Shown piece after piece: positions 12,901 through 25,600 of a stretch of 64,000 nt of DNA; the stretch's first letter is position 1, and each line of letters begins with the position of its first letter. Source of the DNA: Azolla caroliniana. Taxonomy: Eukaryota > Plantae > Polypodiophyta. A program made the translations under genes and the position numbers. The notes under the pieces are model-generated. The model had not been told where the DNA came from. It saw only the letters and a list, made by a program, of their open reading frames with translations, and did not search any database. The stretch is from positions 558,001-622,000 of the forward strand of contig JBHGNT010000010.1 of the NCBI GenBank assembly GCA_043228905.1, in the 5' to 3' direction.

Positions 12901-15900
12901 CATGTATGAACATTTTAATTTACTCACGGGCTCTTCTCAACTCCCTCTTCTCACTTGGTAATTTCTTCATGTCTCTCGACCTGAGTTTCGAAATCTTGAT
13001 TTTTTAATTCCATATCATAGCTAGTGTTGTTAGCTTCGATTCACATGTTTAAACACTAAAATCTGGGATCACACGAGCCAGGTATGAACATTTTAATTTA
13101 GTCACGCGCTCTTCTCAACTCCCTCGTCAAATTTGGTAATTTCTTCATGTCTCTCGACCTGAGTTTCAAAATCTTGATTTTTTAATTCTATATCATAGCT
13201 AGTGTTGTTAGCTTCGATTCGCATCTTTGAACAGAAAAATCTGGTATCACACGAGCCAGGTATGAAATTTTAAATTAGTCACGGGCTCTTCTCAACTCCC
13301 TCTTCTAACTTGGTAATTTCTTCATGTCTCTCGACCTGAGTTTCGAAATCTTGATTTTTTAATTCCATATCATAGCTAGTGTTGTTAGCTTCGATTCACA
13401 TGTTTAAACACTAAAATCCGGGATCACACGCGCCAGGTATGAACATTTTAATTTAGTCAGGCGCTCTTCTCAACTCCCTCCTCGAATTTGGTAATGTCTT
13501 CATGTCTCTCGACTTGATTTTCAAAATCTTGATTTTTTAATTCCATATCATAGGTAGCGTTGCTAGTTTCGATTCCCATGTTTGAACACAAAAATCCGAT
13601 ATTACACGAGCCAGGTATGAAAATTTTAAATTAGTCACGCGCTCTTCTCAACTCCCTCCTCGAATTTGGTAATTTCTTCATGTCTCGTGACCTGAGTTTC
13701 AAAATCATGATTTTTTAATTCTATATCATAGCTAGTGTTGTTAGCTTCAATTCGCATGTTTTAACACAAAAATCAGGGATCACACGAGCCAGGTATGAAC
13801 ATTTGAATTTAGTCACGCGCTCTTCTAAACTCCCTCCTCAAATTTGGTAATTTCTTCATGTCTCGTGACCTGAGTTTTAGAATCACGATTTTTTAACTCC
13901 ATATTATAGGTAGCGTTGTTAGCTTCGATTCGCATCTTTGAACACACAAATCCGGGATCACACGAGCCATGTATGAACATTTTAATTTACTCACGGGCTC
14001 TTCTCAACTCCCTCTTCTCACTTGGTAATTTCTTCATGTCTCTCGACCTGAGTTTCGAAATCTTGATTTTTTAATTCCATATCATAGCTAGTGTTGTTAG
14101 CTTCGATTCACATGTTTAAACACTAAAATCCGGGATCACACGAGCCAGGTATGAACATTTTAATTTAGTCACGCGCTCTTCTCAACTCCCTCGTCAAATT
14201 TGGTAATTTCTTCATGTCTCTCGACCTGAGTTTCAAAATCTTGATTTTTTAATTCTATATCATAGCTAGTGTTGTTAGCTTCGATTCGCATCTTTGAACA
14301 GAAAAATCTGGTATCACACGAGCCAGGTATGAAATTTTAAATTAGTCACGGGCTCTTCTCAACTCCCTCTTCTAACTTGGTAATTTCTTCATGTCTCTCG
14401 ACCTGAGTTTCGAAATCTTGATTTTTTAATTCCATATCATAGCTAGTGTTGTTAGCTTCGATTCACATGTTTAAACACTAAAATCCGGGATCACACGCGC
14501 CAGGTATGAACATTTTAATTTAGTCAGGCGCTCTTCTCAACTCCCTCCTCGAATTTGGTAATGTCTTCATGTCTCTCGACTTGATTTTCAAAATCTTGAT
14601 TTTTTAATTCCATATCATAGGTAGCGTTGCTAGTTTCGATTCCCATGTTTGAACACAAAAATCCGATATTACACGAGCCAGGTATGAAAATTTTAAATTA
14701 GTCACGCGCTCTTCTCAACTCCCTCCTCGAATTTGGTAATTTCTTCATGTCTCGTGACCTGAGTTTCAAAATCATGATTTTTTAATTCTATATCATAGCT
14801 AGTGTTGTTAGCTTCAATTCGCATGTTTTAACACAAAAATCAGGGATCACACGAGCCAGGTATGAACATTTGAATTTAGTCACGCGCTCTTCTAAACTCC
14901 CTCCTCAAATTTGGTAATTTCTTCATGTCTCGTGACCTGAGTTTTAGAATCACGATTTTTTAACTCCATATTATAGGTAGCGTTGTTAGCTTCGATTCGC
15001 ATCTTTGAACACACAAATCCGGGATCACACGAGCCATGTATGAACATTTTAATTTACTCACGGGCTCTTCTCAACTCCCTCTTCTCACTTGGTAATTTCT
15101 TCATGTCTCTCGACCTGAGTTTCGAAATCTTGATTTTTTAATTCCATATCATAGCTAGTGTTGTTAGCTTCGATTCACATGTTTAAACACTAAAATCCGG
15201 GATCACACGAGCCAGGTATGAACATTTTAATTTAGTCACGCGCTCTTCTCAACTCCCTCGTCAAATTTGGTAATTTCTTCATGTCTCTCGACCTGAGTTT
15301 CAAAATCTTGATTTTTTAATTCTATATCATAGCTAGTGTTGTTAGCTTCGATTCGCATCTTTGAACACAAAAATCTCATATCACACGAGCCAGGTATGAA
15401 AATTTTAAATTAGTCACGGGCTCTTCTCAACTCCCTCTTCTAACTTGGTAATTTCTTCATGTCTCTCGACCTGAGTTTCGAAATCTTGATTTTTTAATTC
15501 CATATCATAGCTAGTGTTGTTAGCTTCGATTCACATGTTTAAACACTAAAATCCGGGATCACACGCGCCAGGTATGAACATTTTAATTTAGTCACGCGCT
15601 CTTCTCAACTCCCTCCTCGAATTTGGTAATGTCTTCATGTCTCTCGACTTGATTTTCAAAATCTTGATTTTTTAATTCCATATCATAGGTAGCGTTGCTA
15701 GTTTCGATTCCCATGTTTGAACACAAAAATCCGATATTACACGAGCCAGGTATGAAAATTTTAAATTAGTCACGCGCTCTTCTCAACTCCCTCCTCGAAT
15801 TTGGTAATTTCTTCATGTCTCGTGACCTGAGTTTCAAAATCATGATTTTTTAATTCTATATCATAGCTAGTGTTGTTAGCTTCAATTCGCATGTTTTAAC

Positions 15901-18900
15901 ACAAAAATCAGGGATCACACGAGCCAGGTATGAACATTTGAATTTAGTCACGCGCTCTTCTAAACTCCCTCCTCAAATTTGGTAATTTCTTCATGTCTCG
16001 TGACCTGAGTTTTAGAATCACGATTTTTTAACTCCATATTATAGGTAGCGTTGTTAGCTTCGATTCGCATCTTTGAACACACAAATCCGGGATCACACGA
16101 GCCATGTATGAACATTTTAATTTACTCACGGGCTCTTCTCAACTCCCTCTTCTCACTTGGTAATTTCTTCATGTCTCTCGACCTGAGTTTCGAAATCTTG
16201 ATTTTTTAATTCCATATCATAGCTAGTGTTGTTAGCTTCGATTCACATGTTTAAACACTAAAATCCGGGATCACACGAGCCAGGTATGAACATTTTAATT
16301 TAGTCACGCGCTCTTCTCAACTCCCTCGTCAAATTTGGTAATTTCTTCATGTCTCTCGACCTGAGTTTCAAAATCTTGATTTTTTAATTCTATATCATAG
16401 CTAGTGTTGTTAGCTTCGATTCGCATCTTTGAACAGAAAAATCTGGTATCACACGAGCCAGGTATGAAATTTTAAATTAGTCACGGGCTCTTCTCAACTC
16501 CCTCTTCTAACTTGGTAATTTCTTCATGTCTCTCGACCTGAGTTTCGAAATCTTGATTTTTTAATTCCATATCATAGCTAGTGTTGTTAGCTTCGATTCA
16601 CATGTTTAAACACTAAAATCCGGGATCACACGCGCCAGGTATGAACATTTTAATTTAGTCAGGCGCTCTTCTCAACTCCCTCCTCGAATTTGGTAATGTC
16701 TTCATGTCTCTCGACTTGATTTTCAAAATCTTGATTTTTTAATTCCATATCATAGGTAGCGTTGCTAGTTTCGATTCCCATGTTTGAACACAAAAATCCG
16801 ATATTACACGAGCCAGGTATGAAAATTTTAAATTAGTCACGCGCTCTTCTCAACTCCCTCCTCGAATTTGGTAATTTCTTCATGTCTCGTGACCTGAGTT
16901 TCAAAATCATGATTTTTTAATTCTATATCATAGCTAGTGTTGTTAGCTTCAATTCGCATGTTTTAACACAAAAATCAGGGATCACACGAGCCAGGTATGA
17001 ACATTTGAATTTAGTCACGCGCTCTTCTAAACTCCCTCCTCAAATTTGGTAATTTCTTCATGTCTCGTGACCTGAGTTTTAGAATCACGATTTTTTAACT
17101 CCATATTATAGGTAGCGTTGTTAGCTTCGATTCGCATCTTTGAACACACAAATCCGGGATCACACGAGCCATGTATGAACATTTTAATTTACTCACGGGC
17201 TCTTCTCAACTCCCTCTTCTCACTTGGTAATTTCTTCATGTCTCTCGACCTGAGTTTCGAAATCTTGATTTTTTAATTCCATATCATAGCTAGTGTTGTT
17301 AGCTTCGATTCACATGTTTAAACACTAAAATCCGGGATCACACGAGCCAGGTATGAACATTTTAATTTAGTCACGCGCTCTTCTCAACTCCCTCGTCAAA
17401 TTTGGTAATTTCTTCATGTCTCTCGACCTGAGTTTCAAAATCTTGATTTTTTAATTCTATATCATAGCTAGTGTTGTTAGCTTCGATTCGCATCTTTGAA
17501 CACAAAAATCTCATATCACACGAGCCAGGTATGAAAATTTTAAATTAGTCACGGGCTCTTCTCAACTCCCTCTTCTAACTTGGTAATTTCTTCATGTCTC
17601 TCGACCTGAGTTTCGAAATCTTGATTTTTTAATTCCATATCATAGCTAGTGTTGTTAGCTTCGATTCACATGTTTAAACACTAAAATCCGGGATCACACG
17701 CGCCAGGTATGAACATTTTAATTTAGTCACGCGCTCTTCTCAACTCCCTCCTCGAATTTGGTAATGTCTTCATGTCTCTCGACTTGATTTTCAAAATCTT
17801 GATTTTTTAATTCCATATCATAGGTAGCGTTGCTAGTTTCGATTCCCATGTTTGAACACAAAAATCCGATATTACACGAGCCAGGTATGAAAATTTTAAA
17901 TTAGTCACGCGCTCTTCTCAACTCCCTCCTCGAATTTGGTAATTTCTTCATGTCTCGTGACCTGAGTTTCAAAATCATGATTTTTTAATTCTATATCATA
18001 GCTAGTGTTGTTAGCTTCAATTCGCATGTTTTAACACAAAAATCAGGGATCACACGAGCCAGGTATGAACATTTGAATTTAGTCACGCGCTCTTCTAAAC
18101 TCCCTCCTCAAATTTGGTAATTTCTTCATGTCTCGTGACCTGAGTTTTAGAATCACGATTTTTTAACTCCATATTATAGGTAGCGTTGTTAGCTTCGATT
18201 CGCATCTTTGAACACACAAATCCGGGATCACACGAGCCATGTATGAACATTTTAATTTACTCACGGGCTCTTCTCAACTCCCTCTTCTCACTTGGTAATT
18301 TCTTCATGTCTCTCGACCTGAGTTTCGAAATCTTGATTTTTTAATTCCATATCATAGCTAGTGTTGTTAGCTTCGATTCACATGTTTAAACACTAAAATC
18401 CGGGATCACACGAGCCAGGTATGAACATTTTAATTTAGTCACGCGCTCTTCTCAACTCCCTCGTCAAATTTGGTAATTTCTTCATGTCTCTCGACCTGAG
18501 TTTCAAAATCTTGATTTTTTAATTCTATATCATAGCTAGTGTTGTTAGCTTCGATTCGCATCTTTGAACACAAAAATCTCATATCACACGAGCCAGGTAT
18601 GAAAATTTTAAATTAGTCACGGGCTCTTCTCAACTCCCTCTTCTAACTTGGTAATTTCTTCATGTCTCTCGACCTGAGTTTCGAAATCTTGATTTTTTAA
18701 TTCCATATCATAGCTAGTGTTGTTAGCTTCGATTCACATGTTTAAACACTAAAATCCGGGATCACACGAGCCAGGTATGAACATTTTAATTTAGTCACGC
18801 GCTCTTCTCAACTCCCTCCTCGAATTTGGTAATGTCTTCATGTCTCTCGACTTGAGTTTCAAAATCTTGATTTTTTAATTCCATATCATAGGTAGCGTTG

Positions 18901-20290
18901 CTAGTTTCGATTCCCATGTTTGAACACAAAAATCCGATATTACACGAGCCAGGTATGAAAATTTTAAATTAGTCACGCGCTCTTCTCAACTCCCTCCTCG
19001 AATTTGGTAATTTCTTCATGTCTCGTGACCTGAGTTTCAAAATCATGATTTTTTAATTCTATATCATAGCTAGTGTTGTTAGCTTCAATTCGCATGTTTT
19101 AACACAAAAATCAGGGATCACACGAGCCAGGTATGAACATTTGAATTTAGTCACGCGCTCTTCTAAACTCCCTCCTCAAATTTGGTAATTTCTTCATGTC
19201 TCGTGACCTGAGTTTTAGAATCACGATTTTTTAACTCCATATTATAGGTAGCGTTGTTAGCTTCGATTCGCATCTTTGAACACACAAATCCGGGATCACA
19301 CGAGCCATGTATGAACATTTTAATTTACTCACGGGCTCTTCTCAACTCCCTCTTCTCACTTGGTAATTTCTTCATGTCTCTCGACCTGAGTTTCGAAATC
19401 TTGATTTTTTAATTCCATATCATAGCTAGTGTTGTTAGCTTCGATTCACATGTTTAAACACTAAAATCTGGGATCACACGAGCCAGGTATGAACATTTTA
19501 ATTTAGTCACGCGCTCTTCTCAACTCCCTCGTCAAATTTGGTAATTTCTTCATGTCTCTCGACCTGAGTTTCAAAATCTTGATTTTTTAATTCTATATCA
19601 TAGCTAGTGTTGTTAGCTTCGATTCGCATCTTTGAACAGAAAAATCTGGTATCACACGAGCCAGGTATGAAATTTTAAATTAGTCACGGGCTCTTCTCAA
19701 CTCCCTCTTCTAACTTGGTAATTTCTTCATGTCTCTCGACCTGAGTTTCGAAATCTTGATTTTTTAATTCCATATCATAGCTAGTGTTGTTAGCTTCGAT
19801 TCACATGTTTAAACACTAAAATCCGGGATCACACGCGCCAGGTATGAACATTTTAATTTAGTCAGGCGCTCTTCTCAACTCCCTCCTCGAATTTGGTAAT
19901 GTCTTCATGTCTCTCGACTTGATTTTCAAAATCTTGATTTTTTAATTCCATATCATAGGTAGCGTTGCTAGTTTCGATTCCCATGTTTGAACACAAAAAT
20001 CCGATATTACACGAGCCAGGTATGAAAATTTTAAATTAGTCACGCGCTCTTCTCAACTCCCTCCTCGAATTTGGTAATTTCTTCATGTCTCGTGACCTGA
20101 ATTTCAAAATCATGATTTTTTAATTCTATATCATAGCTAGTGTTGTTTGCTTCAATTCGCATGTTTTAACACAAAAATCAGGGATCACACGAGCCAAGTA
20201 TGAACATTTGAATTTAGTCATGCGCTCTTCTAAACTCCCTCCTCAAATTTGGTAATTTCTTCATGTCTCTCGACCTGAGTTTTAAAATCT
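12537..20290. repeat. 6-monomer higher-order repeat, 1067/1068-bp unit, ~7 near-identical copies
   Basis: The marker acacacaaatccggg occurs at 12875, 13942, 15009, 16077, 17144, 18212 and 19280 (spacings 1067, 1067, 1068, 1067, 1068, 1068). Six distinguishable monomer types follow in fixed order. Confidence 0.96.
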
Positions 20291-20959
20291 TGATTTTTTA
20301 ATTCCATATCATAGGTAGCGTTGTTAGCTTCGATTCGCATGTTTGAACACAGAAATCCGGGATCACACGAGCCATGTATGAACATTTTAATTTACTCTTG
20401 CGCTCTTCTCAACTCCCTCTTCTAACTTGGTAATTTCTTCATTTCTCTCGACCTGAGTTTCAAAATCTTGATTTTTTAATTCCATATCATAGCTAGTGTT
20501 GTTAGCTTCGATTCACATGTTTAAACACTAAAATCCGGGATCACACGAGCCAGGTATGAACATTTTGATTTAGTCACGCGCTCTTCTCAACTCCCTCGTC
20601 AAATTTGGTAATTTCTTCATGTCTCTCGACCTGAGTTTCAAAATCTTGATTTTTTAATTCTATATCATAGCTAGTGTTGTTAGCTTCGATTCGCATCTTT
20701 GAACACAAAAATCTGGTATCACACGAGCCAGGTATGAAAATTTTAAATTAGTCACGGGCTCTTCTCAACTCCCTCTTCTAACTTGGTAATTTCTTCATGT
20801 CTCTCGACCTGAGTTTCGAAATCTTGATTTTTTAATTCCATATCATAGCTAGTGTTGTTAGCTTCGATTCACATGTTTAAACACTAAAATCCGGGATCAC
20901 ACGAGCCAGGTATGAACATTTTCATTTAGTCACGCGCTCTTCTCAACTCCCTCGTCAAA

Positions 20960-22660
20960 TTTGGTAATTTCTTCATGTCTCTCGACCTGAGTTTCAAAAT
21001 TTTGATTTTTTAATTCTATATCATAGCTAGTGTTGTTAGCTTCGATTCGCATCTATGAACACAAAAATCTGGTATCACACGAGCCAGGTATGAAAATTTT
21101 AAATTAGTCACGGGCTCTTCTCAACTCCCTCTTCTAACTTGGTAATTTCTTCATGTTTCTCGACCTGAGTTTTAAAATCTTGATTTTTTAATTCCATATC
21201 ATAGCTAGTGTTGTTAGCTTCGATTCACATGTTTAAACACTAAAATCCGGGATCACACGAGCCAGGTATGAACATTTTAATTTAGTCACGCGCTCTTCTC
21301 AACTCCCTCCTCGAATTTGGTAATTTCTTCATGTCTCTCGACTTGAGTTTCAAAATCTTGATTTTTTAATTCCATATCATAGGTAGCGTTGCTAGTTTCA
21401 ATTCCCATGTTTGAACACAAAAATCCGATATTACACGAGCCAAGTATGAACATTTTAATTTAGTCACGCGCTCCTCTCAACTCCCTCCTCGAATTTGGTA
21501 ATTTCTTCATGTCTCGTGACCTGAGTTTGAAAATCATGATTTTTTAATTCTATATCATAGCTAGTGTTGTTAGCTTCAATTCGCATGTTTTAACACAAAA
21601 ATCAGGGATCACACGAGCCAGGTATGAACATTTGAATTTAGTCACGCGCTCTTCTAAACTCCCTCCTCAAATTTGGTAATTTCTTCATGTCTCTCGACCT
21701 GAGTTTCAGAATCACGATTTTTTAACTCCATATTATAGCTAGTGTGAGCCATGTATGAACATTTTAATTTACTCTTGCGCTCTTCTCAACTCCCTCTTCT
21801 AACTTGGTAATTTCTTCATGTCTCTCGACCTGAGTTTCAAAATTTTGATTTTTTAATTCTATATCATAGCTAGTGTTGTTAGCTTCGATTCGCATCTATG
21901 AACACAAAAATCTGGTATCACACGAGCCAGGTATGAAAATTTTAAATTAGTCACGGGCTCTTCTCAACTCCCTCTTCTAACTTGGTAATTTCTTCATGTT
22001 TCTCGACCTGAGTTTTAAAATCTTGATTTTTTAATTCCATATCATAGCTAGTGTTGTTAGCTTCGATTCACATGTTTAAACACTAAAATCCGGGATCACA
22101 CGAGCCAGGTATGAACATTTTAATTTAGTCACGCGCTCTTCTCAACTCCCTCCTCGAATTTGGTAATTTCTTCATGTCTCTCGACTTGAGTTTCAAAATC
22201 TTGATTTTTTAATTCCATATCATAGGTAGCGTTGCTAGTTTCAATTCCCATGTTTGAACACAAAAATCCGATATTACACGAGCCAAGTATGAACATTTTA
22301 ATTTAGTCACGCGCTCCTCTCAACTCCCTCCTCGAATTTGGTAATTTCTTCATGTCTCGTGACCTGAGTTTGAAAATCATGATTTTTTAATTCTATATCA
22401 TAGCTAGTGTTGTTAGCTTCAATTCGCATGTTTTAACACAAAAATCAGGGATCACACGAGCCAGGTATGAACATTTGAATTTAGTCACGCGCTCTTCTAA
22501 ACTCCCTCCTCAAATTTGGTAATTTCTTCATGTCTCTCGACCTGAGTTTCAGAATCACGATTTTTTAACTCCATATTATAGCTAGTGTGAGCCATGTATG
22601 AACATTTTAATTTACTCTTGCGCTCTTCTCAACTCCCTCTTCTAACTTGGTAATTTCTTC
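20960..22660. repeat. 5-monomer tandem duplication (843 bp) carrying a 47-bp deletion
   Basis: The fusion junction agtgtgagccatg occurs at 21741 and 22584 (843 = 5x178-47). The variants atctatgaac, gagccaagta and gtttgaaaatc are also shared. Confidence 0.88.
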
Positions 22661-25600
22661 ATTTCTCTCGACCTGAGTTTCGAAATCTTGATTTTTTAAT
22701 TCCATATCATAGCTAGTGTTGTTAGCTTCGATTCACATGTTTAAACACTAAAATCCGGGATCACACGAGCCAGGTATGAACATTTTAATTTAGTCACGCG
22801 CTCTTCTCAACTCCCTCGTCAAATTTTGTAATTTCTTCATGTCTCTCGACCTGAGTTTCAAAATCTTGATTTTTTAATTCTATATCATAGCTAGTGTTGT
22901 TAGCTTCGATTCGCATCTTTGAACACAAAAATCTGGTATCACTTGAGCCAGGTATGAAAATTTTAAATTAGTCACGGGCTCTTCTCAACTCCCTCCTCAA
23001 ATTTGGTAATTTCTTCATGTCTCTCGACCTAAGTTTCAAAATCTTGATTTTTTAATTCTATATCATAGCTAGTGTTGTTAGCTTCGATTCGCATCTTTGA
23101 ACACAAAAATCTGGTATCACACGAGCCAGGTATGAAAATTTTAAATTAGTCACGGGCTCTTCTCAACTCCCTCCTCAAATTTGGTAATTTCTTCATGTCT
23201 CTCGACCTGAGTTTCAGAATCACGATTTTTTAACTCCATATGATAGGTAGCGTTGTTAGCTTCGATTCGCATCTTTGAACACAAAAATCTGGTATCACAC
23301 GAGCCAGGTATGAAAATTTTAAATTAGTCACGGGCTCTTCTCAACTCCCTCTTCTAACTTGGTAATTTCTTCATGTTTCTCGACCTGAGTTTTAAAATCT
23401 TGATTTTTTAATTCCATATCATAGCTAGTGTTGTTAGCTTCGATTCACATGTTTGAACACAGAAATCCGGGATCACACGAGCCATCTATGAACATTTTAA
23501 TTTACTCACGGGCTCTTCTCAACTCCCTCTTCTAACTTGGTAATTTCTTCATGTCTCTCGACCTGAGTTCCGAAATCTTTATTTTTTAATTCCATATCAT
23601 AGCTAGTGTTGTTAGCTTCGATTCGCATCTTTGAACACTAAAATCCGAGAACACATGGGCCAGGTATGAACATTTTAATTTACTCACGGGCTCTTCTCAA
23701 CTCCCTCTTCTAACTTGGTAATTTCTTCATGTATCTCGACCTGAGTTTCAAAATCTTGATTTTTTAATTCCATATCATAGCTAGTGTTGTTAGCTTCGAT
23801 TCGCATGTTTAAACACTAAAATCCGGGATCACACGAGCCAGGTATGAACATTTTAATTTACTCACGCACTCTTCTCAACTCCCTCGTCAAATTTGGTAAT
23901 TTCTTCATGTCTCTCGACCTAAGTTTCAAAATCTTGATTTTTTAATTCTATATCATAGCTAGTGTTGTTAGCTTCGATTCGCATCTTTGAACATAAAAAT
24001 CTGGTATCACACGAGCCAGGTATGAAAATTTTAAATTAGTAACGGGCTCTTCTCAACTCCCTCCTCAAATTTGGTAATTTCTTCATATCTCTCGACCTGA
24101 GTTTCAGAATCTCGATTTTTTAACTCCATATTATAGGTAGCATTGTTAGCTTCGATTCGCATCTTTGAACACAAAAGTCCGATATCACACGAGCCAGGTA
24201 TGAACATTTAAATTTAGTCACGCGCTCTTCTCAACTCCCTCGTCGAATTTGGTAATTTCTTCATGTCTCTCGACTTGAGTTTCAAAATCTTCATTTTTTA
24301 ATTCCATATCATAGGTAGCGTTGTAAGTTTCGATTCCCATGTTTGAACTCTAAAATCCGATATTACACGAGCCAGGTATGAACATTTTAATTTACTCAGG
24401 CGCTCTTCTCAACTCCCTCCTCAAATTTGGTAATTTCTTCATGTCTCTCGACCTGAGTTTCAAAATCTTCATTTTTTAATTCCATATCATAGGTAGCGTT
24501 GTTAGTTTCGATTCCCATGTTTGAACTCAAAAATCCGATATTACACGAGCCAGGTATGAACATTTTAATTTACTGACGCGCTCTTCTCAACTCCCTCCTC
24601 AAATTTGGTAATTTCTTCATGTCTCTCGACCTAAGTTTCAAAATATTCGTTTTTTAATTCTATATCTTAGGTAGCGTTGTTAGCTTCGAATCGCAAGTTT
24701 GAACACAAAAAACCCAGATCACACGAGCCAGGTATGAACATTTTAATTTACTCACGCGCTCTTCTCAACTCCCTCCTCAATTTTGGTAATTTCTTCATGT
24801 CTCTCGATCTGAGTTTCAAAATCTTGTTTTTTTATTGTATATCTTAGGTAGCGTTGTTAGCTTCGAATCGCAAGTTTGAACACCAAAAACCGAGATCACA
24901 CGAGCCAGGTATGAACATTTTAATTTACTCACGCGCTCTTCTCAACTCCCTCCTCAAATTTGGTAATTTCTTCATGTCTCTCGACCTAAGTTTCAAAATC
25001 TCGATTTTTTAATTCCATATTATAGGTAGCGTTGTTAGCTTCGGTTCGCATCTTTGAACACTAAAATCCTAGATCACATGGGCCAGGTATGAACATTTTA
25101 ATTTACTCACGGGATCTTCTCAACTCCCTCTTCTAACTTGGTAATTTCTTCATGTATCTCGACCTGAGTTTCGAAATCTTGATTTCTTGATTCCATATCA
25201 TAGCTAGTGTTGTTAGCTTCGATTCGCATGTTTAAACACTAAAATCCGGGATCACACGAGCCAGGTATGAACATTTTAATTTACTCACGCGCTCCTCTCA
25301 ACTCCCTCGTCAAATTTGGTAATTTCTTCGTGTCTCTCGACCTGAGTTTCAAAATCTTGATTTTTTAATTCCATATCATAGGTAGCGTTGCTAGTTTCGA
25401 TTCCCATGTTTGAACACAAAAATCCGATATTACACGAGCCAGGTATGAAAATTTTAAATTAGTCACGCGCTCTTCTCAACTCCCTCCTCGAATTTGGTAA
25501 TTTCTTCATGTCTCTCGACCTGAGTTTTAAAATCTTGATTTTTTAATTCCATATTATAGGTAGCTTTGTTACCTTCGATTCGCATCTTTGAACACTAAAA

